Positions 26,950 through 37,870 of a DNA stretch of 64,000 nucleotides are shown one piece after another (the first letter of the stretch is position 1; each line of letters begins with the position of its first letter). Origin of the DNA: Lama guanicoe (taxonomy: Eukaryota). The DNA lies in assembly GCA_013239625.1 (NCBI GenBank), contig MU053652.1, forward strand, positions 1,302,001 through 1,366,000. Reading direction: 5' to 3'. The notes under the pieces were generated by a model, which worked only from the letters and a program-made list of their open reading frames with translations, was not told the origin of the DNA and ran no database searches. The position numbers and the translations under genes were made by a program.

Positions 26950-29900
26950 TCCTGACCTGGTGACCGGACACAGGATTGTTTAGGGATCATGCCTGAGGAA
27001 CTGTCCCTAAAGTTAAAGCTACCAGCCTTATTCTCATAACCTCAAATGTACTCATAATTTGTTCACAAAGCAGATGTAGGAGTATATAATATGTTAGCTA
27101 ACCCTTACATCTTTTTGAAAGTTTTCATTTTATTAATAAGAACATCTAAACATTTATTGTGCCAATTAATGAATCATTTGTGCTAAAAAAAAATCTCATG
27201 TCCAGCAGTCACTGTGCTAACTAGCAAAAAAAATTGTTGGTCAAGACGTGGATGAGTGAAGCCCTGGTCATACCCACTCCTGCTTTTTGAGATACCACTA
27301 TTGAGTTTTTGATAAGACTACTTACAGATTGCTTCTGGATTGTGTGTTCTTGACTAACGTACTGGCAGCACCTGGTCTGGGGCTTAACCTAAGTGATATG
27401 AACACATAACACTGCACTGTGTGTGCTGTAGTATTTTGAAGTAAATCACAGAGGCTGTGACAGATTTGCTTTCTAGAAGCTGTATCTACTTACCTCCCAC
27501 AAACTTTTGCCCTCAGTGCACCTAATTTCATTTTGGCTGCCATGTCCTGAGTGTTTCCTCTGTGGAAGGTGCAGACCTAGGTTCGAGCCAAAGATAGAGG
27601 GGGATAATCTCTGTTCCTGTCTTAGAGAGTCCAAAGTTGAGGACAGGGACTGTTTGTAAGTAAACATGTGTAACACAAGGCAAAGTGAAAAACAGATAGT
27701 TTTATTAGGTACAAAAGTGCGTGAGGCAGCCCAAGGGTATGATGTGGCAAAAGCTGCATGAAGGAAGAACATTTGAAAGGAGTTCGGGAACATAAGTGGG
27801 ATCTGGGCTGCATCAGTGCATGGCCATGTGGTGGTTTAGCAGAGCTGGAGCGTCCAAGTCTCCTGACTCCCCCCCAGGTGGACTTTGTGCTGTGTCATAG
27901 TGTTAGTAAGCTCTGAATTAAACTAGAAACCTGGAGAAGTTAATGTATGGTTTAGAACTCTTTTTTTCTCTCTAAAGCTATAGAAGAAAGCTTGTAAAAT
28001 TGTTCCTGATTTCGTCTAGTGTTTTAGTTTGCTGCTTTTGTCAGGTAGGGTGATCTGCAGAAATGTTACGTGAGAACTACTGAAAAATTTAAAGCAGAGT
28101 ACCACTAGGTCATTTTCTGTTCTAAATTTGTTTACCTAACAGCCTCCTCGCTTCATCCATTATTGGTGTTGCTTTTTAATTTCAAAAACCACTTATCTTT
28201 GCCTGTGCTCTCTTTTCTCAAGAGAAGAAGCAGATATGCCCTAGAATGGCAGAGGATATGTTCACTAGGCTGTTTCTACTTCGTTACGAGTATGAAGAAG
28301 CAGATATGTAGACCAGGGTTCCTAAAGCTCTTCTTAGGAAGACAAAACAGAAACAAATGGATTTAGTCAAATCCTAAGAGCCTGGATGTGACTTCCAGAC
28401 TTGGGATCAAGAAGTTTATTGGAACAATCATCATTGTCTTTCATCTCTTGGTCTGTTTTCAACTTATGTCAGGTCTTATAGGTTAGTGGACATAAGTATG
28501 GTTTAACATTTCAGGCTGGGGTTTGCTCATAGCTTATGCTTAATGCCTCTAAGTAGTCATTGAAAACTATTCTAAAGTTGATGACATGTTAGGCGCAATT
28601 AAGGTTCACCTAGATGAGTTACCCTTTTGAAGGTCACTTTTTGGTGTGGTTTGGAAAACAGTGCTTTGAGTAAAACTCTTTGTTTATTAATGCCACTTGA
28701 TAAAGGCTCATTGAACCCTATGTAATTTCTCATTTATAATGGAAGTCTAGTATTCAGCTAATTGAATACATGGCCACTTTAATTTTTTTGTTACAGCTAA
28801 GTGGTATTCACAGTGATCGTGTTCTACAGCTTCTAAATGTAGTATTACCTTAAAAGTTTATGGTTCAGCCCCCTTGGATATTTCTGTTCTTTTTCTCTGT
28901 TATGTGTCTGCATGTAATTTTGTTAGGTTCCTGTAGTTGTGCCTTATATGTAGTTCTGACATGGAATAAAGCTCTTTTCCCTGCTCTTACTTGCCTGTGT
29001 AAATTGATAGATGTGTAGATTGATGTTGGCGACCACAGATTAGCCATATGATTTTGAAATATTGAATCTTTCTCAATTCATTATGTGTGTGTTTCAGATT
29101 TATTACAAGATTTAAAATGATAACAAGTGTAGTTATAGGGATTTCCTATTTAGATTGATTTAGGGTTGTTGCCTTTTTTCAATCCCAGTAATCTCTGGCT
29201 TCGTATCATCCCATGGAAAATTGAGCAGGTACCTGCTTTGTTTTTTACCTTGAGCTGTTAGAACTGAGAACTGGCATTTCAAGAAACTTTGTCATTTAAA
29301 ATGTACAAGTAAAACTTAACATGCCTTGTAGTTGATGTACGAAGTAACAGTACGACTTCTGGGCTAAGTGATTGTGATGTCACTGTATTCCTAACGCTGT
29401 GCACCCTGTGCTGTGTCTCAGTCCCCGGGAGCAGCCAGGCCTGAGAGGGCTGAGGTACTATGCTTAAGAGTTTTCACGATGAAGATTTCTCTAGGAACAT
29501 ATGTGGAAAGGTAGAGATCCTGCCAGTACAATGTGTCATAGCCATAATCCCAGTTTTTATTTGTTGACTTTATTATATCCTTTGTTGTGAGCACTTTAAA
29601 GACTCTTCTGAAAAGAAGCAAGTCTTTAAGGAAATAAATACATGTATACTTCATTTTTAACCTGGCCACCAACACTGAGTTAAAACATCAAAATGTTGAT
29701 ATGCTGGGTTTCTTAAAGAAAACTTGATTTCCTTATTTTCTTTTTCTATGTGGGACGCTCCTGTTTTCCATAATGATCCACTTAAGCACTTTCTGTCATG
29801 TTTTCAATCCCAATCATGTTATCCCAAATATAACAGGATCTGAAAACTAATCAGTACACATTTCTTCTTGAGGCGGAATCGCAAACTGGAGACGGGGGAA

Positions 29901-30544
29901 ACTTTTTTTATTTATCTTTCTAGGAAACAATTGTACTATGACAGTGAATAATGTTGTAATGCTCTTTATTTTTACTTGTTCGTTTACAATGATTCCATAT
30001 CTGTTGGGGAGTTATACATGGAAGTTTTATTCCTTGGACTTGGTATACTGCTTTTTCTTAAGTTGAGTGTGACTCTCCATCCTCAGCAGCTATTAGCTTA
30101 GTCAGTGTATTCCAGGCTTATTTAAGTTTCGGGATTTGTACTGTGTGACTTTCCCTCCCAGCATCACATTAACTGTTTCAAAGCAGTGTGCCGTTGAGGG
30201 GTTGTGGCCATGTTTCTTGCTCTGTTGTTCTCCCCAGTGGCTCACAAACTATTGATTCTGTTGGCAGTCTCGGGAGAGATTTGTGACGTTAGCCTGTAGT
30301 TGAGTGTTTTCTGGTCTTCAGAGGTAGTTCCTCTTTAGTGTGCCTTTCTGACCTTTTGGAATCAGCTTTAAAAAATTTCAAGGATTACATCTCAGAAAAG
30401 TGAATGTGGATATTTCTGCATATCCTTTATTTAGGTTGTAATCAACCTCAAAGTTAAGTTTGGTGGTTGGTGTAGACTGTATTAGGCTGAAGCAGTATCC
30501 ACATATTCATATAGTTACTCTCATAAATTTTAATGTGCTTTATT

Positions 30545-31750
30545 TGGAATCATTTATATTTAATGTAGTTAAATTCATCCTTTGTGAGATACAGTCCTAT
30601 GAATTTTGACAGATCCATGCAATTATGTAACCACCATGATACTCAAGAAGCAGAATAGTTCCCTCACCTCAGAGAATGCCCTCCTTTGTCACTCGACTAC
30701 ACTTTAATTTGGAAACTATAAAGAAACAAACATAATTAAAATTACCCTTAAGCCTACCACTGTGCCATAACCTCTGTTGACAATTTTGTTGAATATCCTT
30801 CTGGTCTTTTTTTCCCTTCTTTCTTACAAAAAAGAGATCATACTGTCCTTTCTGTTTATAGTCTTTTTCTTTTTTTACTTAGTGTATTTTGAGTCTATTT
30901 AAATTTAACCATTGCATTGGCTTTTGTTTTTGTTTCTTTGCAATTCTAAATAACTGTATTATGAATATCTTTGCATATTGCCATAATTACTTAAGTCCTG
31001 AAAGTAGTGTTTAGATCTCAGTGCATATGTACATTTTTAAAACTTAACTTACATTTTGTCAAATTGATTTAAAAATAGTTGTGCCAGTTTACATTCTGAC
31101 TAGCAATGTCTTGAAGAGCCTGTTTTCCTGTATCCTTGGCAACATTGTTTTATGTTTTTATCAGTTTGATAAATTACAGAATTTCATTATTTTTATTTTA
31201 ATTTTTTGATTTCTTGTGGGATTGGGTATTTTTAAAAATGTTTATTATTTGTATTTTTATGTGAATTGCCAGTCTATGTCATTTATGTGTTTTTCTCTTG
31301 GCTCTCTTTGGGAGTGGGTTTGGGTGGAGGGCTTAATTTTTAAGTGATCTATATGTTAGTAACTGTAATCTCACAGTTGGGGGTTGGTATTTCTTTGTCA
31401 TTTGCTTAATCATTTTGTTTAATTTTTTTTATTTAGTGGAGGTTCTCGTAGGTCCATTCTTTTGCATTTCCTTTGTTTATATTTTGAGGGTATATTTTTT
31501 TTACATTTTTTATTGATTCATAATCATTTTACAGTGTTGTGTCAAATTCCAGTGTTCAGCACAACTTTTCAATCATTCATGGACATATTTGAGGGTATAT
31601 GTTGAATTTAGAAAGATCTTTTCTCGTTACGTCATATAGTCATGCATATTTTATTCACAGGTAGCTTTATCAGCAATCCTTTCAACATTTACTTTTTCTT
31701 TTCCATTCCTGAGAGCCTAGTGTGGTCTTTACTGTGTTGTACCAAGGAAC
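30545..31750 (-). mobile_element. Old LINE-1 (L1M) fragments, interrupted by a young insertion
   Basis: tacagtcctatgaattttgacagatccatgcaattatgtaaccacca; gtgccagtttacattctgactagcaatg; T-rich antisense L1 composition. Confidence 0.6.
31496..31587 (-). mobile_element. Young, extremely 5'-truncated LINE-1 3' tip (92 bp)
   Basis: T-tract then cattttacagtgttgtgtcaaattccagtgttcagcac; perfect 13-bp TSD tttgagggtatat at 31483-31495 and 31588-31600. Confidence 0.88.
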
Positions 31751-32041
31751 CATAGATTATGTACTTGCATATATGTGTATCTATATGTGATCTCGATATT
31801 TTGGTTTCGTTTATTCATATACTTTGAAGCAACATGATCGTTTCATTGAAATCTTCTATTCAAATTGTAATAGAACAATGATATTTAAATATGTCCCAAG
31901 TAAAGCACATCCTCTTATTTTTTCCCCCATTACCTTCTTTGGTTTGCATTTTAAATAGATATTATCCATCAGATTTCTCTGTTGACATTAGTGGGAAAAA
32001 AAAACTTAAGTAACTCTTCCTTTGTTTTTAACATGCTGCAG

Positions 32042-32056
32042 GATATTGAAGTCAAA
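32042..32056 (+). CDS. CHCHD3: 15-nt alternative microexon of CHCHD3, GAT ATT GAA GTC AAA = DIEVK
   Basis: Acceptor taactcttcctttgtttttaacatgctgcAG|, consensus donor AAA|GTAAGT, frame-preserving, 1014 nt upstream of the 84-nt exon; resembles the DIEDK insert I recall in a longer human MIC19 isoform. Confidence 0.82.
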
Positions 32057-33070
32057 GTAAGTAGCAAAACAATGAGCTACAAATATGCAAATGTGTTCAC
32101 CTAAACTAAGCAGATAGTGGACAGTCACCCTACACAGATTGAGCCAGGCGACTGGTGTATGAACAGGAATGCCAAAAATATATACTTTGTTTGTTTCTTA
32201 AAATTCTTGATCAGGCATATCTTCAGCATTCACTGAACAAAATACATGTTAAAAACTTTTCTGACATGGAGTGATGTAGGGAGGTCTGTTCTCTCAGAGA
32301 TAAAGTTCACTTAAACATAATAAAGGTAGAAACAGCAGTTTAAGAAATGCATTTTTAAAATTTATCTTGAAAAAATCCATAAATAACCATCTTTATAATT
32401 TTTTCAAGAATCAATATTTTATCACTTCAGTTTTAATTTTGTGAAAAAAAGATCTTGTAAATTAGAGGTGGAATAACTTAAGAGTTTAAAAATTACTTTT
32501 ATTTTTATTATTGTATTATTTTAAATTATTCAGATAAACAATTATAATAGTTTCTGCCCCTTTCTCCAAAGACAATAATATTTCATGAAAGACAAGGTAG
32601 AACAATACATGTCTTTATATGCAGATTTCACCAGGTAATTTAAGGGTTCTCAAACGTAAGGTTTATATACAAAATGTTATATAGGCATCTTTTTGTTGTT
32701 GTTCAAGAAACAAGGTTAATAACTATGTGTCTTATGCCTGGAATAAAATCGAGGTTTTATTGTGCAGAATATTAATCCTTGAAATTACTCTCCGAAAGAG
32801 AAGTTGAATAAAACTTCTGACATTTCCAAATACATTTGAACAAAGTAGGACACAGCTGTTATAGTTTGAAAAAAAAATACAATGCAGACTCATTCTTTAC
32901 ATTTAAATACAGCAATCATCATCTTATTAATGTTTTTCTGTGGCAGAGACCTAATAGTTTGCAAAAATCTTCAGCTTTGTATACTCATTTCTAATGTAAT
33001 TTATACTTGACTTTTGCTTTGCTGTTGCTGCTTTTTCTTGATATAGTATATTCTTCATTTCTGTTTTTAG

Positions 33071-33154
33071 GCTAAGCAGCTGGAAGAGAAAGATCGGGTG
33101 ATAAAGAAGCAGGATGCATTCTACAAAGAGCAGCTGGCTAGACTGGAGGAAAGG
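33071..33154 (+). CDS. CHCHD3: Internal coding exon of MICOS complex subunit MIC19 (coiled-coil/DUF737 region), 84 nt, phase 0-0: AKQLEEKDRVIKKQDAFYKEQLARLEER
   Basis: Acceptor ttcttcatttctgtttttAG| and donor AGG|GTacga; the 28 open codons match the mammalian MIC19 segment recalled as ARQLEEKDRVLKKQDAFYKEQLARLEER. Confidence 0.96.
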
Positions 33155-33974
33155 GTACGACTCTTTCTTGTCAGTAATTCTCTTTTACCACATCTGCAGC
33201 TTTCCCATGTACTTATTTAAAAATCAATACATTAGCACTGTAACTGCTTTTCCTAGTTAAAAAGTGGCAAGGAAATGAAGAAGCCAAGCAGGTAGATCAT
33301 TCTTGAAGATAATGTCATTTCTACTTTGGTAGTTTGGTGTATGGCTGTGTTAACTGATTCATTCATGCATTTTACCACTCAGGAACTGCCCCCTCCTGGC
33401 TCCAACCCCCCCAAGTTAGTGGAGTGCTACTCTTAACTCTCGAAAACATTAAACTGAAACACGTTCTTAGAAAACGGTAGTGTTTTAAAGGATAAATTGT
33501 CTTTGTGAAAGCTGTTTCACTACACTTATGGCTAAGAAATGAATGACTCTTAAAACTGGTGGACAGGAGCTGAATAGTAGGGTTTAGAAGAAGAGTTAGG
33601 AGGAGGACTAGAGGCAGTACCTCCAGTCTGCATGGCCCTAGAGTTTGACAGAGACGCAAAGAAGGAAATTAAGGCTGAAACTAAAGGAGGCAGTGCGTTT
33701 AAGAATGGAGGTTTGAGCACCCAGTCAGGGCCCTGTTCAATGAAGTTTATCTGTTGTCTAGAGTAATTTCATACATAGACCATGAGGTTACAAGCTAGCT
33801 TTCTTTTCCCTTTGAGTGAGACCCCCCTAAATTTGATTGGTTTAGAATAGGATGTTTAATAAGAAAGTAGGTAAAATAAGAAATACACTATTAAGCCCCA
33901 TTCAGTACAGATATTTACATGTTAAATGTCTTCACCTGAACTTAGTGCTTCTTGAAAGTCAAGACCGTTTTCTT

Positions 33975-34680
33975 GTTCATTCAGATATCTACCTAATATA
34001 TATCAAGCTGTGGTAATGCCAGAGATGTACTAATGAAGAAAATCTACCCTCGTGGAGCTTAAATTCAATTGAAACCCAGTCAATATATTGAGTGGCAGAT
34101 TGTGGTAATATGACAAACAATAAAGCAGGAGAAAAGGAGTCCCAGGGCCTAGGAGTGCAGGTGTGGGGTCAGGTGGAGAGGGAGGGCCTGTCTAATAGGA
34201 TGGCATTTGGGAAGAAGTCTGCCGCAGTGGGGAAGCAAGCCAGCACCAGGCCTGGAAGCAGGGGTGTGCTTGGCATGTCTGGAGAGGCTAGAGGGTTTGT
34301 GAGCAGAGGAGTATTCTGGCTGCTGTCTTGGACAAGAACTGAAGGAAGAGAGACTAAATAAGGGGTAATAGCAGTACTTCAGAAAAAGGATGGTGATGGC
34401 TTGGGCCAAGGTGCTAGAGGTGGAGGCAGTGAAACGTGTTTGGCAGAGCTGACCAGATTTGCTGATGGTTTTGAACATGAGTGAAAGAAAAAATGAAAGA
34501 TATTCTAGGTCTATGGCTTTTATAGCCAGAAGGATGGATTTTCTGTAGTGGAAGATTATTAAAATATGGATCTGGATGTGGGTATTGGAAGAAATCATAA
34601 TGCTGATTTTGGATATGGTAAATTTGGGATACTACTTAAAACATCCAAGTAGAGATGTTAAATAAGCATAAAGTGGAAAT
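33975..34680 (-). mobile_element. LINE-2 (L2a-like)
   Basis: Antisense 3' end (ccctcgtggagcttaaattc); the minus-strand translation STLAQAITILFLKYC resembles L2 ORF2 TLVQATIISRLDYC. Confidence 0.8.
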
Positions 34681-34688
34681 GCTTAGAG

Positions 34689-34997
34689 AAGAGGTCAGTA
34701 AAGATTTTGGTAAAGGACCAGATAGTAAATATTGCAGGCTTTGCAGGCCATGTATGGTTTCTGTTGCAACTACTCAGCTCTGCCACTGTAATGTGAAAGC
34801 AGCCAGAGCAGTGGACAAGTGTGGCTCTTCCAGTTTATGGACATTGAAGTTAGGATTTCATGTAATTTTTACATGTTTTGAAATACTCTTCTTTTGACCC
34901 CCCCCCCCCATTTAAATATGTAACACTGTTCTTAGAGCTGCACCGAAACAGATGGCAGGCTGGCCTTGACCCACGAGTTAGAGTTTTCAGAAGCCTG
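34689..34997 (+). mobile_element. MER58B/C-like hAT-Charlie MITE
   Basis: gtaaaggaccagatagtaaatattgcaggctttgcaggccat...gttgcaactactcagctctgccactgta; degenerate 8-bp TSD gcttagag / gcttagta. Confidence 0.88.
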
Positions 34998-35002
34998 GCT
35001 TA

Positions 35003-35215
35003 GTACACAGGCTCTAACATCAGAATACTTGTGTTTAAATCCCTGAACTGGCTTTTACCTGCTTAGTATCTTGGAGCATCTTATGTAATCTTTTGGTTTC
35101 CTCAGCTATGAAATGAGAGTATATTAGTACCTACGTCAGTAATTTGTTAAATGCGGTAATTCTCATAAGTCACCTATAATGATGTTGAATACAAGGTAAC
35201 CACTCAGCCAGTGGT
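35003..35215 (+). mobile_element. MIR SINE
   Basis: caggctctaacatcagaatacttgtgtttaaatccc...gtttcctcagctatgaaatgagagtatattagtacctac. Confidence 0.7.
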
Positions 35216-35794
35216 AACTCCTCTCTTACTTCTATCTGTCCAGAGCACTGTTCCTGAAATAATTCGTAAATGTTAGCTGAATAAAATGCATGAGTGAAGT
35301 GAGGTGATTTACCCAGCCCCCAATAATATTTTTCCCCACCCAATGATAATTTTCTTTGACTCCAAGTATTACTTTGCTAAGTACCCTTTGAAATCTTTGT
35401 CAGTTACTGTGAGGTACAAGAAAAGGCACTGATAAATATCCAACCATTTCTCATAAATCTGCCAATTTGATGGCGATAATTCAGTGATTGATTTGAGCCG
35501 CTGAGATGATTTGTTCTTAGCAGATTAAACTGGTGTGCTCAGCAGCTAACTCTTGTTTCTGGCTTCAGGTTAGAACAAGTAGAGGAAGATCAGGTGGATA
35601 TGGTGTGCTGGTGTCAAATCAGTGTGATTAGTGTCTTCTCATCACATACGTTTTATTTCCTTTTTGAAGATGAGGCTGGAAAGTAGTTATGTAGGAATTT
35701 TAACTGAAAGCTGAGGGGCGCTAATGAGCTTAGAAGAATGTGGAGCTGGAATAACCAACCACACCATTCTAAGTTAATACTTAATGCCTCTGTA

Positions 35795-35980
35795 TGTAGT
35801 AATGTGCTGGAAAGAATGCTGGACTACGAGTCAGAAGGCTTGGCTTTTCATCTAGTTATCTGACAGTTCACCTAAAAAGTGAGGATAGTACCCTTCCTTG
35901 CTTGCCTTTGTGAGTGATTGGAGGGACCAGATAAGATGATATATTTAAAAGCCCCTTGAAAACTGGAAAGAGCTTAATAT
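35795..35980 (+). mobile_element. MIR SINE
   Basis: ggaaagaatgctggactacgagtcagaaggcttgg...gataagatgatatatttaaaagccccttgaaaactg. Confidence 0.65.
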
Positions 35981-37399
35981 AAGCTGTTGCTTATAGTAAA
36001 GAATATTTACTTCCCATTGTGTGCAAGATACTAATAATCATAAAATTAGTATTATTCAACTTCCTGGTGTCTTCTACCTATTTCTATAACAATCCTGTTT
36101 TTGCTAATTACTGCCATTCCTAAGATACCTAAGTTAAATTTTGTTCAACTGGATTTCATCTAGGAGTATTTGAGAGACTCTTAGGTCTCCAACAGTGAAG
36201 CATTTTCTAGACTAAATACAAGATTGTAAAGAGGGATTTTCTTGTGATGACACTGAAAAGTACAATGTCCAACCATTTCTGTGAGAAATTCTACACACTT
36301 TCTGTTAAAAGATATAAAATGCTGAATCCAGTAATGTGTAATGTAAGAAAAAAATGATTGTGATATTAGAACTTAATCAGAATCATCTTACTATGAAATC
36401 CAGTTTCCTATTTAAAATCCAAGTTTAAAAGTGGATCTGGGGACAGCCCTCTCTCTCTATTTTAACCAAATGAATTGATGAAATCATAAACTAGATACCA
36501 GGTGGTATATCATTAATGGAGAAAGGGGACATCGAATCTTTTACAGAGTCATTCCAAGGATGATTTCTAAGATCGCCGGGTCACCTGCCCATCAACTAAA
36601 TTAGCAAGTACGGCAATTGTAGACATTGTCACTTTTTGATGACTCATAATCTTATTATTCAAACTACTCATTTTCATTGACTTGATGCAAATTTCATGAT
36701 GCAAATACAGCATGATACCCCTGAGAGTTATTTTAATATCTAGTTGTGTGTCGTTTACTTTGAAGTGAGAAATTCATGGTTATTTGAGAATATGAACCCA
36801 ATTCTACTAACATTTGAAGCACATTGAGTTCTGTGATAACTACTTGGTTTGCCTCTTGGATCTATTTCAGTAAACATCAGTGAGAGAATAAACATTCTCT
36901 TGTATGAATCAAGCTTTCTTCTCCCAGGAATTTATATTGGATAGTTCACAGGAGTCTGAGAAAATTTTCTCCTATCACTAACTTGGGAGGACTAATAAGT
37001 ATAATTTAACTGGACACCAATTTAACCTTTCTTAGAACCAGCATGCAAAAGCAGCACCTCTTTACTGAGAAAGAAGGTCAAAGCCATTTGAAAGTTTTTC
37101 AAGTCCTTATTTTACTGTAAATGTTGTCAGCTTTATCAAACAACATTGACATGGATGTGAGGTGAACTTTTATATTTTCCGAGTCTGAGAGGCATTCCAT
37201 GTAGGTATGCCCTAACTGAAAGAGGCCTGAGTATCAGTTCCTGGTTGTTGATCTAAGAGACTTGAGAGTGTTACTTCCTGATTGGTGATTTGTTGAAAGG
37301 AAGCCCAGGGCAGCTTTCAAAGAAGAGGTTCTTAAAGTTTTTAAAAAACCTTTGCCACGTCCCTCAGGGAATTCTCCATAATGTTTTGTATACCTCTCT

Positions 37400-37530
37400 T
37401 AATATGCCACATTTATGATAACTATAGTTAGTTATCTGTGTTACTCTTGTAAGCTTCTTGAGGACAAAGGTCATTTTCTTATTTCTTTTGTTCCACAACT
37501 CATGTAGTAGGCGTTCAATGAATGAATCAT
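37400..37530 (+). mobile_element. LINE-2 3' end
   Basis: gtaagcttcttgaggacaaagg...gtaggcgttcaatgaatgaat. Confidence 0.65.
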
Positions 37531-37709
37531 ACATTTACTAAGCTTATGCTGGAAAGTTATGTCCAAGCAATTAGTATACAGTTTTTAAGTATGCACAGAT
37601 GTTTTGTATCTTCTTCATAAGTCATTTAAATTCAGACAATAAATCTATCCTTGAGAAAGTCAAGTTTAACTTTGAATATCTGGATATTTATAGCATCCTC
37701 CTCATCCTA

Positions 37710-37870
37710 GTAGCTAACAGTAACATTTTTTGAGTATTTACATTGTGCTGGGCACTTTGCATGGATTATGTCATTTTATTCTCATAAACAACCACATGAG
37801 GCTGTCGACCCTGTTTAGATGAAGGTCCCAAAGCTTCAGGAAACTTGCCTGAGAGGGCTTGAGCCAGGTC
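37710..37870 (-). mobile_element. MIR SINE
   Basis: taacattttttgagtatttacattgtgctgggcactttgcatggattatgtcattttattctcat. Confidence 0.7.

Noticed and set aside
34149-34598. Longest ORF (149 aa, minus strand)
   Set aside because: Lies in an antisense L2; the only recognisable motif is a decayed L2 ORF2 segment
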